Below, one piece after another: positions 61,668 to 64,000 of a stretch of DNA of 64,000 nucleotides. A program made the position numbers and the translations under genes. The stretch's first letter is position 1; every line of letters begins with the position of its first letter. The notes beneath the pieces were generated by a model. That model did not search any database, was not told the origin of the DNA, and saw nothing but the letters and a program-made list of their open reading frames with translations. The stretch covers positions 320,001 through 384,000 of the forward strand of contig OZ246001.1 of assembly GCA_965230295.1 (NCBI GenBank). The letters run 5' to 3'. The DNA is from Marinicella sp. (GTDB lineage: Bacteria > Pseudomonadota > Gammaproteobacteria > Xanthomonadales > Marinicellaceae).

Positions 61668-62801
61668 TTATTTAGTGAATTGCAAAGCACTGAGTGTGCC
61701 ATCATAATTGTAGGCATAAATCATGTCGCCTACAATCAAAGGCGCATGGTAAAACTGATCTCCGCCAACACGAGTGCGGTTGATGATGTCACCTGAAACA
61801 CCATCAACGATGTGTAAGTAACCTTCAAAATCACCCACCACCAGATCACCTAAGTAGAAACTGGGTTTGGTCACGTTTCTATTCAACAATTGATCCTGGC
61901 TCCAGCCACGAGATCCATCAGCGCGGTTCAACTGGTGTAGCACTGATTGATTATCAGACAAATAAATGGAACGCCTGGATACAGTAACACCTGTGACTGA
62001 TCCAATATTTTGACTCCACAATGCACGCCCTGATTCTGTGGCCACTGACATGGTTTTGTCTGCTGCACTGGATATATATAAGTCGGTTGCCACCACATCA
62101 ATATCACCATCAATGTCCGCAATTCGGTCGATCTCTGTCTTGCCTTGGCTGTTGATCACATTTTGCTGCCACAGCACAGATCCATCTAAAATGTTTAACG
62201 CAGCAACCTTGCCATTGTCAAAGCCGATGTAGATGCGGCCACCTTTGGCTATCGGGGTACTGTTTCCTCGTAAAGTCAAATTTGGGATGTTGGTGTCAAA
62301 ACTCCAATCCCGCTTACCAGACTGAATGGCGAATCCATAAACCCTACCATCTTGGGTTCTCACCACCACTTTATTGCGATCAATCACTGGTGGGCTCAGT
62401 ACTTCTGAAGTCACACTGGTTTGCCAAAGTACTGTACCAGAATCAATGTCCATGGCCACCACCTGACCTTCAGGACCACCGACCACCAGAACCGTGTCAC
62501 TCACACCTGGGCCGGCGCTGATCTCAGACTCAAGGTCATGTTCCCAGTTGATTCCACCGGTTTTGGCATCTAGGCTGTATACTTTTCCTTTCTGGGTTGC
62601 TACGTACAAATTACCATTTTTCTCAGCAGGTATTAATTTGTAACCAAAAGCTTTTTCAGAAGCAGAAAAATCACGTTTCCAAACAGACTTGATGTTGCCT
62701 TGTTCAGTGACATCGATCAATTCACTGGGTTTAATCTCATCTTTTTTGTTTCCACAAGCAACTAAAAGCAACAGTAAAAAATAAATGGGTAGACGTTTCA
62801 T
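61668..62801 (-). CDS. bamB: Outer-membrane protein assembly lipoprotein BamB
   Basis: Lipobox LVAC, PQQ-like propeller repeats, LTLRGNSTP, EIDRIADID; lies between yfgM and der. Confidence 0.95.
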   Translation of the reverse strand: MKRLPIYFLLLLLVACGNKKDEIKPSELIDVTEQGNIKSVWKRDFSASEKAFGYKLIPAEKNGNLYVATQKGKVYSLDAKTGGINWEHDLESEISAGPGVSDTVLVVGGPEGQVVAMDIDSGTVLWQTSVTSEVLSPPVIDRNKVVVRTQDGRVYGFAIQSGKRDWSFDTNIPNLTLRGNSTPIAKGGRIYIGFDNGKVAALNILDGSVLWQQNVINSQGKTEIDRIADIDGDIDVVATDLYISSAADKTMSVATESGRALWSQNIGSVTGVTVSRRSIYLSDNQSVLHQLNRADGSRGWSQDQLLNRNVTKPSFYLGDLVVGDFEGYLHIVDGVSGDIINRTRVGGDQFYHAPLIVGDMIYAYNYDGTLSALQFTK

Positions 62802-62862
62802 GAGCACCTCTGGTATCAATATTTTATATGGGTCTGGAATGTATCGGTTTCATTAACCACTG

Positions 62863-63498
62863 TTAATTGGTGGTTTTGATGTCTGCCAATTTCATCTCAA
62901 TGATTTGTTTTCCAGAATAGCCCTCACCTTCATTAAGAGCCAGCTGGTATGCATCAATGGCTTTGGCAGCATCGCCCTGAGCCACATAGATGTCACCAAT
63001 AACTTCTTCGACAATGGTTTGGTAAGCTTTGGATTGCACCAACCCCAATTCAGCCAAGGCAGTGGTGTATTCACCTTCAGAAACCAACAATCTGGCCAAT
63101 CTTAAACGCACCATTTCGGCAATTGGTTTATCAGGTTTGGCTGCAATCAACAATTCATATTGAGCTTTGGCTGCAGCGATGTCATTGGCTTCCACCAGTT
63201 TATTGGCTGCATTCAGCCTGGCTTGAATGGTATAGATGTTATTGCCATAATTATTTTCATATACGGTGATCAATTTTGGTGCATCAGCAGCCTCAATGAC
63301 CGAAAGTGCCGCTTCAAGTTGGGTGAACTCTGTGGCTGCTTCTTGGTTTTGTAAACTTCTGTTGTCCTGCCATTTGCCATAACCCCATAAGCCGCCAATA
63401 CCTAATGCAATTCCAGCGATTATGGTGAACCAGTTTTTACTCAGCCATTCCTTGACCAACTGTTCTTGTTCAAAATCATCATATTCTTCAAATGCCAT
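62863..63498 (-). CDS. yfgM: YfgM-family TPR membrane protein
   Basis: EQEQLVKEWLSKN, single TM, RLRLARL, GDIYVAQG. Confidence 0.9.
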   Translation of the reverse strand: MAFEEYDDFEQEQLVKEWLSKNWFTIIAGIALGIGGLWGYGKWQDNRSLQNQEAATEFTQLEAALSVIEAADAPKLITVYENNYGNNIYTIQARLNAANKLVEANDIAAAKAQYELLIAAKPDKPIAEMVRLRLARLLVSEGEYTTALAELGLVQSKAYQTIVEEVIGDIYVAQGDAAKAIDAYQLALNEGEGYSGKQIIEMKLADIKTTN

Positions 63499-63696
63499 AA
63501 AAAATCTTCCAATGGTTAATCAATTTAACAAAGCGAGCTATTTTACATGATGGTTTGTAAAATTTCATCAATGCCTTGATGCTAAAGCTCCGTAACAGTG
63601 AAACTAAACTCAGTGCCGACATAAACTCGACATCGTGCATCAGTTGCCTCAAAAAATCATTGACAACAGACAACCTTAAACCACATTCATTCACGC

Positions 63697-63724
63697 AAAA
63701 AAAAACCGCTTATTCAGCGGTTTT
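63697..63724 (-). terminator. Terminator after tRNA-Asn
   Basis: AAAACCGCT-TATTC-AGCGGTTTT with a 9-A run. Confidence 0.8.
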
Positions 63725-63733
63725 CTTCTAATT

Positions 63734-63809
63734 TGGCTCCCCGGGACGGGCTTGAACCGCCGACCTAGTGATTAACAGTCACCCGCTCTACCAGCTGAGC
63801 TACCGGGGA
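63734..63809 (-). tRNA. tRNA-Asn(GTT)
   Basis: TCCCCGG acceptor, GGTGA-CTGTTAA-TCACT anticodon arm, GCCA end. Confidence 0.96.
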
Positions 63810-63842
63810 AAATTGGTCTGTCTTGTTTCACAAGAGATGCGC

Positions 63843-63870
63843 ATTTTACCGCTTAAGGAAAAACTGTCAA
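63843..63870 (-). promoter_or_regulatory. sigma70 promoter of tRNA-Asn
   Basis: TTGACA-16 bp-TAAAAT followed by a GC-rich discriminator (GCGCATC). Confidence 0.75.
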
Positions 63871-64000
63871 GCAATAAATTAATCCTGTGGTAAAAATACC
63901 TTCATTTTTTTATATTCTTGTTAATTGCACTCAAAAATCCACGCAAAATATCCATCTCATGTTTCTCAATGTTCAAGCGATTGAACATCATCCTCAGTTT

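Overview
A gammaproteobacterial chromosome segment. Gene content and order suggest a marine Xanthomonadales-related lineage such as Marinicella (inference only). Core genes present: crcB-rarA-lolA, ftsK, ald, trxB-aat, a peroxiredoxin, a two-permease RND system, pilB-C-D-coaE, pilMNOPQ, sucCD, yfgM-bamB-der-moeA-moeB-folD and three tRNAs (Arg-CCT, Ile2-CAT, Asn-GTT). Two accessory modules stand out. (1) An AT-rich six-gene operon at the 3' side of tRNA-Arg (2577-6548) encodes a QrtT-like ECF S component, an EcfT, two reciprocally degenerate ATPases, a SAM methyltransferase and an unknown membrane protein. (2) A cassette between ftsK and lolA (10570-19604) encodes a 2075-aa adhesin-like protein with an internal IPTL anchor, a second signal-like segment and an apparently split DOMON-like domain. 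It is followed by three phage tail-collar paralogues, two DUF6916-like paralogues (one with a Tat signal) and a GNAT, with no other phage genes. Also notable: an Ig-repeat lipoprotein closing the pilMNOPQ operon, three CRP/Vfr-type boxes (pilM, pilB/sucC, DUF1631 gene), a shared C-terminal DLIFxxxF motif and a structured element between bamB and der. All family calls come from motif recognition by eye; no searches were run.
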